64,000 nucleotides of DNA, taken from positions 12,869 through 76,868 of the IMG/VR virus record IMGVR_UViG_3300025137_000027, one strand, 5' to 3'. Below are positions 1 to 11,900 of this stretch, in pieces. The stretch's first letter is position 1. The number at the start of each line of letters is the position of its first letter. Made by a program: the position numbers and the translations under genes. The stretch is from a virus. Under the pieces are notes generated by a model. The model was not told where the DNA came from. It saw only the letters and a program-made list of their open reading frames with translations, and did not search any database.

Positions 1-1113
1 CCTGCAGGCATGGTAGTTGGTGCTGGGGTAGGTTTACTTAAGGCTAGGCAAGAGAGTAACATGGAAAAAAATCGTTTCATAGCAGAAGAAGAAAGACTTT
101 CTGGTATGCGAACGGCTGCAAATGTGGCTAATGCACAAGACTTTAGTCGTCAGGCTTTAAGTACTTACGATCAAGACGGTGCAGGAGGAGGGTACTACTC
201 TAAGTATGGAGGACCAGTAGATCGTTTTTACATGGGAGGAGCTACTAAGCGACAGTATCCCCATGGCGGAGGAACTCATCCTCCTGTTATTCCTGGGATG
301 GAGCAATATGCCCAATACAATAACTTAAATCCTGATCTTGCTGCTGCTGTTGCAAACCGGCCTGAGACTTCTGATAGGTTAACAAATTATACTAATGCGG
401 AACAGCGCAGGTATAACAATATAGGAAATCAAACACGTATAAATTCTGCTGTTGAAAATGCGAGGAATAATGCAAATACTTTTGCTACTAACACTTATAA
501 TTTTCATAAGGAGCAACCTTTGGATGCGCTAGGCATGGATTTAGCTATTGCTGGTCAGCTCCCTATAGTAGGCGAGGCGGCGGACTTATTAAATGCTGGA
601 ATTAGTGGAGCGCGAGGCTTTTACAATACTGCAGTAGGAGATACCGCAAAAGCTAAAGAACAGTATGCATTAGCGACACTTAGCGGGTTAAGTGCAATCC
701 CTATTGCAGGAAATGTAACTGGAGCAGCTCGCATAGGTAAAGGACTGTACAAGGCTTCTCATGGTGCTCACAAGCTAGAGAGAGGGGTCATTGGCGCAAA
801 AGGAGTAAAAGCCGGGACTTACGAGTCTTATGCTATGGGCGGCCCTATCGATTATGAAACTGAAAAAGAAGAAGTTATATTAGCTTCGCCTTACGACCGA
901 CCCGTAGCGCCGGGACAAGGAAGCTATAACCAGCTGTCTGAAAATCTTTTTAAAGGTAATGGCCCTAGTCACGCGCAAGGAGGTATTCCTACACGAGGTG
1001 CTACACAACCATTTGTAGACGCTGGAGGGCAACCTGTTGATAGCCCATATGTATTTAGCGATTCTAAAGATATGAAATTTGATCCGAATGACATTTTATC
1101 TATGATCACATGA
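1..1113 (+). CDS. Internal virion/ejection (cargo) protein, probably 5'-truncated by the window edge; contains a pre-toxin-like hydrophobic helical segment
   Basis: Frame is open from base 1; YxxGG motifs, GPSHAQGG motif and LAIAGQLPIVGEAADLLNAGI segment; lies upstream of the other cargo genes. Confidence 0.6.
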   Translation, partial: PAGMVVGAGVGLLKARQESNMEKNRFIAEEERLSGMRTAANVANAQDFSRQALSTYDQDGAGGGYYSKYGGPVDRFYMGGATKRQYPHGGGTHPPVIPGMEQYAQYNNLNPDLAAAVANRPETSDRLTNYTNAEQRRYNNIGNQTRINSAVENARNNANTFATNTYNFHKEQPLDALGMDLAIAGQLPIVGEAADLLNAGISGARGFYNTAVGDTAKAKEQYALATLSGLSAIPIAGNVTGAARIGKGLYKASHGAHKLERGVIGAKGVKAGTYESYAMGGPIDYETEKEEVILASPYDRPVAPGQGSYNQLSENLFKGNGPSHAQGGIPTRGATQPFVDAGGQPVDSPYVFSDSKDMKFDPNDILSMIT

Positions 1114-4100
1114 GTAAGAAGAAGATGACCCCTGCTCAAGTAGCAGAAAAAATAGCGCGGTTTATAGCTAAACAAGAAGAAACGTTAAAGACTTACCCTG
1201 TAGGTCCTTTAGGCAACACGGCAAAGCGTAATTTGGAAAAGGGTAAGAAAGCGTTAGCTGCTTTGCAAGGTAAGAACGAAGAGATGCGTATGGCTATGCA
1301 GCCTCAAGGTCAGGCTGCTATGCCTTCCCAGCAAATGGCATTAGGGGGGGATTTAGTAAGCGCACTTCCGGCTGCTAGTGGAGCAGGGACTGCTTCTAGT
1401 ATAACACCCGCACAGCAGTCTATGATTGATAGCCTGTCTTCTCAGTATGGCATGAGTCCTGCTATTGCTGCTGCTGTAGCTTCTGTAACCCAAAAAGAAA
1501 GCGGGGGGTCAGGAACTAAAGCAGAAAATAATTACAGCAACACTTCTAATGCTGCTATTAGAGGAGTAAACACCCGTTTTGCAAGGAAGTTTAAGGACAT
1601 GCCAGACGCAGAGCTTACTAAGCTTAAAGCGAATCCAGAGGCGTTCTTTAATTATGTATACGATGATGCTACCGGTAACTCTGCTGAGGGTGACGGCTAC
1701 AAGTATAGAGGGCGAGGGCTTGTACAAGTTACTGGCAAGGCTAATTACAAACGCGTAAGCCAGGCAGTATACGGGGATGATCGCTTAGTAGACAATCCGG
1801 ACTTGCTTTTAGACGATGCTACTGCCGGAGCAGCTGCTGCTTATTTTGCTGCGGAAAGCGGTAAAGGGGTAAAAGGATATGTGGACTTTGATTTGAGCAC
1901 GCCTAATCCCTCTCCCGAACAGATACAACAAGTATTAAATGGGTCGTACGCTGTAGTTGCATCTGGAGGAACTTTGTCAAAGACAGAAGCTCAAGACTCT
2001 GCAAAGATGGCAAAGCGGTACGAACAGTTTAATAAGAGTATGGCTACAATGCAGGCGTTTGCCGGAGTAAATGTTCCAAACTCCCAGGGTTCTAACGAAG
2101 CTTCTGCACAAAATACTAATGGTTCAAATGCTGTTGCACCCCAAACGCAGAGAGTTCAAGAACCTCAAGTTTCTATTCCTGAAGAATTAGATGATAATAA
2201 ACTATTTGAGTTAGCTGCTTCTGATAAACGCACGTTGGATTTTATGCAACGTAATAATGTTACTACAAGTGACTTAAATAAAGCTTTAGCAGGAGAGTAC
2301 GTAGACATCCCTAACCGAGCTGCATTTGATGGCTTAGTTAGAAAAGTTGCTAGTGATTACACTACTTCTCGAAACTCTGCAATAGCTCAAACCCAAGCGT
2401 CTCGTACAAAAGATAAAACAGGCGACTCTATTGGGTGGAGCGAATCTTTAGGCATTTCTAGAGAGCGTTATAAAGAGTTAGCTTCAGAAGCAGAAGACGA
2501 GTTCCCCGATCAGGCTTTAGCTTATATACCTGGTCCCGAGGGTACTGAGGGTAGCTTTCGAGTTGATATAACTAGTCCTATGGGTTCGGCAAGGGTAGTT
2601 ACGGATAGGCCAGAATTTACTGGTATGCAGGCAAAAATTAACTATGATAATTTTAAAGCCGGCGGGGAGGATTTCTTAGAACGTGGGATAGAAATGACGG
2701 ATGCGGTAAAGGCAGGGCGAGACGAGTTCGCAGATACTTTTATGAAACCTGCTCTAGCTATGGGTTTAGGAGCTGCGGCTTTAGCCCCAGGAGCTATAGG
2801 ATTAGGCGGTCTTAGTATGGGTCAAACTGGGTTAGCTGCTCAAGCCGTCGGTCGGCAATTTTTATCTGGTCAGGTTTTTAATCCTGCTATTGCTGGTGGA
2901 GGCATTAATTATGCGGGGGCTTTGGGGTCTGCAGCAGTTGCAGCACAGATGACGTCTGGAGTTATGCGTACTGCTGGAGACTTTGGGTTAACTGATCGGC
3001 AAAATGCTTTTGAAGTTGCAATGGACCCTGACTTAAGTGCTCTTCAAAAAGCGCAGTATTTTACTGAAATAGGTTTAGAGTTATCCCCGGCACTTTTCGA
3101 AAGTCCGACAGCTATAAGAAATATATTTCGAGGTAAGCCGTCAGATTTTCCAGGTAGCCGTTCTCAATTTTTAATGGCGCGTAGAGCAGGACTTAATAAA
3201 GCAGATGATGCTTCGGCTTTAGTTGATGAAACGCAGGATGCTTTTAGAGCTGTTCAAACTAATCGGGGGTCTTTTAAAAACACTGCAGCTTCGGCAGAGC
3301 AAAAAGCTCTAGCTGCTGAAACTAAAGCAACAAACTCTCCTACGAAAGCGAATAAAACAGCAGCTACTAAAGCTCGGGCGAAAGCAGAGACTGCAAAAGC
3401 AAATGATGCGCAGGCTTTGCGTAACCAGCAATCTGCAGGGGCGTTTAGAAACAACGCTGTAGGTCGGGCAGGGGTAGCAGATGATGAGCTGAACTTATTT
3501 AATAAACGTTACAACGCTGCTCGAGAGCCTTACAGTTTTGGTTCTACTGGAGTATTAAGTAATACAGGTAAGTTAATACCTGCGGCAGTTTCTGCGGCTC
3601 CTATGTTAGCTAACCTTGCTACTAACCCGGCTCAGAACACTCCAGAAAATGTACGAGCTGTATCTCCCACTATAGTAGATCCTCAAATACAGGCGAATCA
3701 AATTGAACAACCTGTAAGCGACCCTAATCAGGTTCCGACTAGAGATGGTTCTGGGACAACACCTGGTGGAGGGACTAGAGAAGGCGTCGCACCGTTGCCT
3801 GTTCGAGGAGTAGAAGAGGTAGCTTCTGTATTGCCTACAAAGGAAATACAAACTGCTTCTCCTGAAATGATGCAGGTAAATATGCCTAAGATGAACGCGT
3901 TACAAGCAGTACCTGCTATGGCATCTCTGGGTAGCGCGGCAATCCAACGTCGGGCACTTAATGCTATGCAAGGACCTCAGCGTCCTATTGAAACTGATAT
4001 ACCGCAGTTTGCTTATGAAAGTAATATTCAAAGTACGCTCGACGATATCCGCAATGCTACTAACACGGCAGCCCGAGGTACAAACTTACCGCAACAAGCG

Positions 4101-4445
4101 GCTGCTGCAAACCAACAAGCTTTAATGGCAAACCGGTTTAGAGCAGAAGGGCGTGCACGGGCTATCGACAATCAAGCAAAGCAACAAGCTAAAGCGCGTT
4201 ATGATACGATGGCTTACCAAGGAAGAGCAGTTCAAAACGATTTACGTAGCAAATACCAAGATGATATGGTAGGGTTTAATAATCAGAAGGCTATGCTTGA
4301 TGCTCAAATCAAACAACAACCTCTGAACGTACTAGCTTCTAGCACTCAAGACTACCTAAAAAACATTTATGCGCCTAACTTAGCAGCAATGTTTGAATCG
4401 CAAGGCCGGCAGTACGGCACAAACTACACTGAAGAAAATACATAA
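1110..4445 (+). CDS. Ejection/cargo protein with glycoside hydrolase family 19 (lysozyme/chitinase-like) domain
   Basis: KESGG and GDGYKYRGRGLVQVTGKANY...LVDNPDLL are GH19 signature motifs; remainder is Ala/Gln-rich coiled coil and Gly-rich hydrophobic segments; ATGA overlap with the upstream gene. Confidence 0.85.
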   Translation: MSKKKMTPAQVAEKIARFIAKQEETLKTYPVGPLGNTAKRNLEKGKKALAALQGKNEEMRMAMQPQGQAAMPSQQMALGGDLVSALPAASGAGTASSITPAQQSMIDSLSSQYGMSPAIAAAVASVTQKESGGSGTKAENNYSNTSNAAIRGVNTRFARKFKDMPDAELTKLKANPEAFFNYVYDDATGNSAEGDGYKYRGRGLVQVTGKANYKRVSQAVYGDDRLVDNPDLLLDDATAGAAAAYFAAESGKGVKGYVDFDLSTPNPSPEQIQQVLNGSYAVVASGGTLSKTEAQDSAKMAKRYEQFNKSMATMQAFAGVNVPNSQGSNEASAQNTNGSNAVAPQTQRVQEPQVSIPEELDDNKLFELAASDKRTLDFMQRNNVTTSDLNKALAGEYVDIPNRAAFDGLVRKVASDYTTSRNSAIAQTQASRTKDKTGDSIGWSESLGISRERYKELASEAEDEFPDQALAYIPGPEGTEGSFRVDITSPMGSARVVTDRPEFTGMQAKINYDNFKAGGEDFLERGIEMTDAVKAGRDEFADTFMKPALAMGLGAAALAPGAIGLGGLSMGQTGLAAQAVGRQFLSGQVFNPAIAGGGINYAGALGSAAVAAQMTSGVMRTAGDFGLTDRQNAFEVAMDPDLSALQKAQYFTEIGLELSPALFESPTAIRNIFRGKPSDFPGSRSQFLMARRAGLNKADDASALVDETQDAFRAVQTNRGSFKNTAASAEQKALAAETKATNSPTKANKTAATKARAKAETAKANDAQALRNQQSAGAFRNNAVGRAGVADDELNLFNKRYNAAREPYSFGSTGVLSNTGKLIPAAVSAAPMLANLATNPAQNTPENVRAVSPTIVDPQIQANQIEQPVSDPNQVPTRDGSGTTPGGGTREGVAPLPVRGVEEVASVLPTKEIQTASPEMMQVNMPKMNALQAVPAMASLGSAAIQRRALNAMQGPQRPIETDIPQFAYESNIQSTLDDIRNATNTAARGTNLPQQAAAANQQALMANRFRAEGRARAIDNQAKQQAKARYDTMAYQGRAVQNDLRSKYQDDMVGFNNQKAMLDAQIKQQPLNVLASSTQDYLKNIYAPNLAAMFESQGRQYGTNYTEENT

Positions 4446-5974
4446 TGGCTGTAAATCTCCCCAAGTCTATGGAGTTTGTAGAGTACAAACCTTCGATGGT
4501 AGGTATTCCCACGCAATCTGTAGCACGATACTATGACCGCTTAGACAGAGACGCTCTTCGTACTGAAGCTGCGGCTAATTCTGTTCAAGACACTTTAGCT
4601 GCAGAAATTGCATTAGCTGCTGAAGGCGACAAACCCTACTTAAACGATTTATGGGGTAAAGTCGATGGGATTATGGAACAGGCTTCGAGCGAAAAGAATC
4701 TGCCAGGTTATGCTAAGCAGATTCGCAAGCTAGTAGGGGACATTAGTGGTTCTCCAGAGTATGCTAATGTTAAGCTAAACTCTCAGTTAGTTAAATCGTA
4801 TACTGATAACTATACCAATTTGGCTACGTTGTACGGACCAGAGAACATTGTTTCTAGCGGCGACAATCCGCGTAATTTTTCTAGCTCTAACGCAGAGGGC
4901 GGGATGCAAAAATTCCAAGGATTTGCAACAAAACGTCCCGACTACTTAAAAGGCATGGACGACGTTTATATGAAAAATGTAGACATTGTACAGTCTGTAG
5001 GTGCTATGGAAGAGTTTGTAGATAGCGGAATGGCTCTTTCAGATTACTTGCAAACTCCTGAAGGACGAGTCCATATAAATGAAATTTCGCAGCAACTTAC
5101 AGGGGTGTCTTATGACCGCCTTCCTGCAGCTCAAAATCAAGCAGGAGAGTACGTTGTTGGAGAAGAGGGCGTAGCAGTCATGAATCGAATGAATGACCTT
5201 CTTAAAGATGCAGGAGTTCGGTATGTTAAGACTGCCACAGCTAAAACTGCAGCTGACGATCCTCGATTTAAAAACTTAAAAAATAAAGGAATTGTCAGTA
5301 GCGGTATTGCTAACGATACACTTACAGATGGCACTGCTGCTCCAGATAGCACTATAGGTGTCTTTGACGATCGGGTAAATAATACATTATTAGACGATCA
5401 GCTTAATGCCTTCGTCGCATATGACCGCACGCTTAATCTGTTCCCCGCTGCAAGTGGGGGTAAAGAGAACTTTGAGCGCGGGGAGAACATCCAGTCAAAT
5501 CAGATTTTAGGATCACGATTGACAAGTGGCATTGGTCCTAAGGGTTATCCGCTTGTGCAAGTAGAATATAGTAATCGAGTTGCGGGCAAGGAAGGGGAGC
5601 AAGGTATTGGGTATTACGAGCTGAATAATCCAGATGATTTAGGGCTTCTCCAACAAAGTATGGAGGGAACATTGTTACAGCTTCGTAGTGGGGCTACAAC
5701 TCCTGCAACCCGTTTCAGCATGACTCCAGCTATTGCTAATATATTTGCTCCTAAATTAAATTCGTGGGCAGGGGGAGACGGAAAAGAATCGCTTACTGTG
5801 CAAAGTCCTCGAGGTACAGCATTAGAAATTAAAAAAGTATCGAATGGGTTTGCGTTATATGACAGCGAGGGGTCTCCTTATATGAATAATGGGAGTCATT
5901 ATATTTTAGATAATGAGAATGGGGTTAAGGATTTGCGTAACGCAATTGGAGATTTATTTATTAATAATTATTAA
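4445..5974 (+). CDS. Ejection/cargo protein (uncharacterised)
   Basis: 509-aa ORF, TAATG-coupled, between the GH19 cargo gene and the vRNAP gene, as in crAss-like cargo loci. Confidence 0.55.
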   Translation: MAVNLPKSMEFVEYKPSMVGIPTQSVARYYDRLDRDALRTEAAANSVQDTLAAEIALAAEGDKPYLNDLWGKVDGIMEQASSEKNLPGYAKQIRKLVGDISGSPEYANVKLNSQLVKSYTDNYTNLATLYGPENIVSSGDNPRNFSSSNAEGGMQKFQGFATKRPDYLKGMDDVYMKNVDIVQSVGAMEEFVDSGMALSDYLQTPEGRVHINEISQQLTGVSYDRLPAAQNQAGEYVVGEEGVAVMNRMNDLLKDAGVRYVKTATAKTAADDPRFKNLKNKGIVSSGIANDTLTDGTAAPDSTIGVFDDRVNNTLLDDQLNAFVAYDRTLNLFPAASGGKENFERGENIQSNQILGSRLTSGIGPKGYPLVQVEYSNRVAGKEGEQGIGYYELNNPDDLGLLQQSMEGTLLQLRSGATTPATRFSMTPAIANIFAPKLNSWAGGDGKESLTVQSPRGTALEIKKVSNGFALYDSEGSPYMNNGSHYILDNENGVKDLRNAIGDLFINNY

Positions 5975-5985
5975 TACTACATATT

Positions 5986-8900
5986 ATGGCGGAGGAAAAT
6001 CAAGAGCCGGTCAACCTGGGCGATCTAGGTACGGCATCATCCTCAGACATTCGCAAAGCTTTAGAAGGACAGCCTAGTCCTGTAGAAGCGAAGGATGCTG
6101 TTGACTCGGAAACACCAACTGAAACCCCTGATGCACCACCTGCATCTCCGGGTCAGGACATTACAGGGTTTCTTACAAACAGCAGTAACAATATTGTCCA
6201 GAAGGAGAACGGCAGCTTTAAGTTTATAAATCCTTACGATAATAACTTAGATGTTGACTTAGATCAGTTTGAAACTCAGCGACGTCGAGTATCGGAAGGT
6301 AGCGCGTTGTCAGGCATTTTAAACGGGGTAGAAGGGCTTGAAGAAAGCTTTACTTACACTAGCTTAGAAGACACTGCAAAACGCAGTCAGGAGGCTCAAG
6401 GCGTCATCAATAAGATGAAGAATGGGATGACTCAGCTTGTAGCAGATACAGGTATAAATGTTGCTCAAGGTTTTGGCGCATTGCTTTACGGAGTTCCTAG
6501 TGCTATAGCGAATGGCGACATCACAAAACTGTATGATAATTCTTTAGCTAATAACTTAGATAAAGGCACAGAGTTTTTAGACGAGTTCTATAAGATAAAA
6601 CGAGGGGGTGACCAGAGTAAGGGTCAGAAGGTAGCTAACTTTTTATTTGATGACTTAGCGGGCGGTGCAAGTTTTGTAATGGGTGCTATTGCTACAGAAA
6701 TGGCATTTAGTGCTCTTACTGCTGCAACTTTTGGAGGAGCTGCTCCTGCGCAAGCTGCAGTTACTGCAGGTCTTGTGGCTCGAGGTACGCGGTTAGCTCA
6801 AAAAACTTTACAAGGAGGGAAGGCTTTAATATCAGGTAGCCTAGTAGACGATGCTTTACGGGCTAGTAGATCTTTAGGAGCTGCAGCTACTAGAGAAGGT
6901 GCGGCTTCTGCTTTGCAAGCTGCGGCTCAAACTGCGCGTACTCCGATGGCGCTTCAAGCAGCAGCACGTGTAGGACGTCAGCTTATTACAGGCGCTTCAA
7001 TGGAGTCTGGTATGGAAGCAAGACACATGCTCAATGCTTCAGTTGAGAACCAAAAACAACAGTATGAAGAACTAAACGGTAAAGGTTCTTTTTCTGAGGA
7101 GATGGCAGGAGACTTTCGAGAGGAAATTAGCGGGTATGCAGACGGTGTTTTCGGGGCTAATATGGCTTTGGTAGGAGCGTCTAACATGTTGATGTTTCCA
7201 AAACTGTTTGGGGTAGGGTTACGCAAAGGAATGTCTACTTCAAAGTTTATTGATACAAGTAAACTTTCTCAGAAAGCACGGGCGCGATTGGCTAAAAATC
7301 TAGGAGTAGTAGAAGGCAAGCTTCCGCGTCTTGTAGATGCTGCAAGAGGGAACACTCTAGGGCGTATAGCGGGTCGCACTGGGACTGTAGGACGTGTAAC
7401 TGCTGCCAATACTAAGAATGCTTTGTATGAAGGTTTTATCGAGGAAGGTGGGCAAGGAGCTATCAGTCGTTCGACAGAGGATTACATATCGAAACGCTAT
7501 GACCCAAAAGGCGTAAAGGATACTGTACGGTTTGCAGACAGCTTTTTAGAGGGACTTAAAGGCAGCTACACGACCAAAGACGGCTTTAAGGAAATTGGCA
7601 TTGGTATGCTTCTAGCATTTACAGGTGTCCCTATGTATGCCCGTAATCAAAGTACTACTCCGTCTTCTAATAGTGAAACGGCTGGAAAGCCTGAGAAGAA
7701 GTGGAAGTGGCAAATGATGGGAGGGTATGCAGATCAACGGAAAGCACTCATAGCGCGGGATAAAAAAATGGACGCTATTATGAACCTGTCTGAGAAGCAC
7801 GGGGATGTAGGCGGCATACTGCGGGCAGAGATAGCAAATATGAATAGACAAAATGTTTTGCAAAAAGAGCAAGACGCGTCTATTCAAGAGGGCCGATTCA
7901 AAGAAGCCAAAGATGCGGAAGCTGAAATGATTTTTTCTCATGCCGCAACTAAAGTCGTTACTGGTCGGTATGAGCAATCTATTGCTGAAGCTCAGCAGAT
8001 TATGGACGAGATGTCAGACGAGGAGTTGCGGGAACAGCTAGGCCCTTCTGCAAAAAACATGACAGAAGAAGACTTGCGTGCCCACCGCAATAAAGCCATG
8101 GAAACTTACCGGTCTAGAATGGATCGGGCTAGGCAGGCGTATGATAGGGCAGGTACAGTGTACAGAGGAGAAGATGCAGACATCCATACGGGAGTCGCTC
8201 ATATGCTTTATATGACTAAGGAGAAGGATGCACGTGAGAAGAGTATTGCGGGAGAGATTGCAGATGCAATTGAAAATATGAATGAAGGTGATGTTCTTGA
8301 TCTTGTCCGTATGCAGGCAGATTTAAACATGACTGAGAGCACGACTAATTCATTTTTAGACCTTATTAATAAATATCAAAATATTGATAAACAGCTTAAT
8401 ACAAAGCTGGAACGTAAGATTATAAAAAACATTGACCCGGAAAAAGCTGACCAACGTCAAAAAGATATTGCTAGCGCTCAACAAGCTCGGGAAATACTGG
8501 CGGAACAAATGGAAACTATGCTGGAGACTATGGCTACAGCACAGAATGTCGAACGAGGTAAGTACGACTTTGACCTTAGCACATTCGATCGTTTAGGAGA
8601 CTTACATAGAGCGATTAGACGTCAACAAGGGGTCGAGTTTCAAGAGGCGGATCTAAAGGCTTTGTTTGAGGACATGTATGCCGTAGCACAGGACCGTCTA
8701 AATTTAATTGGTAACTATAACGACTTTATTAAACCTGGAGGTGTTGAGCGTTTTGAATCTAAGATGATTGGTTCTATAGAGCGTTTAGCAAAGATGTCTC
8801 CTGAGCAGCGTCAAGAAGCTCGTCAACAAGCGGCAGCCGAAGAAGATGCTGATGCTGATTCTGCGGTAGCAGAAGAGATAGTAAAGGCGGAAGAGGCAGC

Positions 8901-11900
8901 TACAAAACAGGCTTCTTCACCCCAAAATCCAGGTTCTAATCCCCCTCAAGCTCAAGATGGAGGAGGAGAGTTTAGCGTAAATCAAGCTCCACAACAGGTT
9001 GTTACTGAGCCGGGCATTGGGTTTCCTGAGCCAGCAGGGTATACTGGGGATGTGCCGACTGCTCCCGCTAATGTGGAACTTCGCGAGACACTGCCAGGAG
9101 AAAACCCTACACGTAATACGGTAGTCTCTGACGTGACAACAGTACAATTTCAATTTACAAATGCGAATAATAGTACAGAGGAAAATAAAGGTAGTACGAT
9201 TAATGACAAGTACTTAGCCGGACTAAAGAAGGTTATTGCAGGGCTACCTATAGGCACTGTAATAGAAGCTAGAGAAGGAGAATCTAATGGGAGAATTGCA
9301 CTACGAGCAGATAAAACTCTTTTAGCAGACATTAAAATTCAAGAGTTTTCTCAAGAGGTGCAAGCGGAGTTAAGGCTGGGAAAGACAGTCGCACTAGTAA
9401 CAACATCAGAAGTTAGTCGAGGCTTTGTGGGAGGCGAAACACTTTGGGAAAACAATAATGGAGTAAGGGTTAGCGCGAATCAGAAAAACGACTTTCCAAC
9501 AGAGGACTTAGTTAGAGAGGTATTACCGAATGGTGTAGAAGATATCAAAGGCATGAATTTAGTGCCTTCTAATTCTAACAATTTACTGCCTATAGCAGGG
9601 GTAGAATCTATGGGGATTCCTGGTGAAATGGTTACGGATCCAAAGTTTGCAGGTAATTTATTGGTTTCTACTGTAGATGCTTTAACTAAAGAAGAAGCGT
9701 ATCACTTTGTGGAACTCTCGCCAATGACATACGAAAGTTCTACCCAATTGGTAGACTTAGTAGATGCATTTAATCAATTTGTTCTTAGCCCAAACTCTAT
9801 GAGTCCTAGTCAAAACGATCTTCTTAGAAAGTTCGCAGAGGCTTCACAAATAGATTTGCAACAACCCGCAGACGAAGTTTCTAAGGCTGTTGCGTTAAAA
9901 CTTCGACGGATTATACAGGGCGCAGAGTTCTTAAGTGAGCAAACAAAGAAACTAAAAAATAACCCTAGGATTAAAAGGCCGTTACTTGCTGTGGAGCCTT
10001 TGGGTTCAGGGAGGGACGGAATTACTTTGGTGGCTTTACTGCAAGGAGATACGTATTATTCCCATGACAAAGAGGGGAATCGACAAGGCCCCGGTGCGGA
10101 AGCTATTGCAAGTTTTATAACCAAGCGTCCTGCAAACGTTACTCAAGAAGGCACTACAGTGTACCCAGATGGTAAAGGGAATTTTGATGTTTTTTCTACT
10201 TTGGAAATGGTCCAGAAGCAAGGAAAATTTGTGTATCGTGCGCCTTTTGTAGTAGACGGCAAAATTTATAACCGGCAATTTGCAAAGGTAGAGCTAAGCA
10301 TGAACCCTTTGGTTCCTGTTCCTACTAAATTTAAAAGATTAGAAGAGACACCCGAACCTGCTGGCAATACATCTTCTGAGGTTGTAATTGAAAAAAATAC
10401 GCAGTTTGATCCAGGCAACTATGATCCGAATAAGTTTGGTCTTGACGCAGACTACTTGCCATCTAGTTCCCAAGAGAGTACCGACCCAATGGAACGCGCA
10501 GGGGCTTTGTATGAAGTTCCAGGACTGACTTCTCGTCAGTTGCGTGACGGGATTAACTTCAGTACAGGAATGATGGCACGAGCGTTTTCTACTCACATTC
10601 GAACGAAAGACCGCAGTGTACCTATTTCAAGTGATTACCTGCGACGTTATGTGAAAGCCAACTTAGAAAATAATCTTGCATACTATAAGTCTCTTAAACA
10701 AGAGGGCTTTACTGTGAAAGTAGTTGAAGCACATGAAGCCTATCTCAGCTCTGAAAACTTCAATCCTTTAATGGATTTGGCTATGGTTGAGCTGCTGCAA
10801 CAAGCAAAAGACACAGTCGTAGGTCAGGGCGATTTGAATAAGGCGCTCGAAAACATCCGGGATAGAGCGGCAAATTCTGAAATGTTAGATGATGCAGAGC
10901 AAGCTGAACGGGATGCAAATCCTATGGCTGCGTTTGATGAAAACTTTGCTTTTGGAGTAAACCCTAAAAGCACTTTGCGGTTAGAGTCTAAGCTTTTGCT
11001 TATGGGCTTAGTCGATGAGCGTGGTACAACCGGGAAGTCTTTTGGTCTAGCTGGACGTAAATTTTTGAACAACACAGATCTTTTAGATAAGCTATCTGCT
11101 GTGCTTGCAGGTGTTGCGCCTAGCTATATTAAAGTTAAAGAACGCTTAAAAAAATACACTAAGACTTATCCTCAGTTTCAGTCTGTTCTAGATATAATGA
11201 CGGATACTTATGCAATTAATAGCATACCTCCGGGTTTAAAAGCAACCTCTACTGCTAAAGAGTACGCTGAAATTCAAAACCGTGCTTTGTCTGTCCAAGA
11301 CATGATTCGCAACCAGTTTGTAGTCTTTGCAAACAAAGAGGTTACAACTTATGACTCGGTTAAAATTGTAGACGTTACTGCTACACAAGCAAGGGACATC
11401 CAAATTTGGAACAGCAACTCCCGTAATATGCGGGAGCATGCAGGAAACGATATTCGTTCAGCTTTGATTGAACAAGAGTTCTTTGATCTTGATGGTGCGA
11501 TTAATAAGCCGAAGTTTAAAAACCTTTACGATCAAATCGTAGGAATTTCTGAGTTGCCAGAATCAGACCAAGCTGCTAAATTTTCTTTAATTCTTGAAGA
11601 TGAATTAAATATTTCAGTAACGCCTGATGCTTTAACAAGTAAAAACTTGACGGACAATGAAAAGGGTGATAGAATATTTCTTGGGGTAGAAGATGCATTA
11701 AGGAAAGGAGAAGCGGGAACTGCTGGGATTGTGGGGCGTTTTAAAACAGCCTTAAAAGATTTAAGCACGTCAGATTTAACTTTAGAAGAAGCATTAAGCT
11801 CTGGGTCACAAGCGGGTCGAGCGGTAAAAGACTTTTTTGTAGGGTTAGCGGATTACCGTGAAAACTTTATTCAAAAAAGTAGTAAAGACGGGGACAATAA

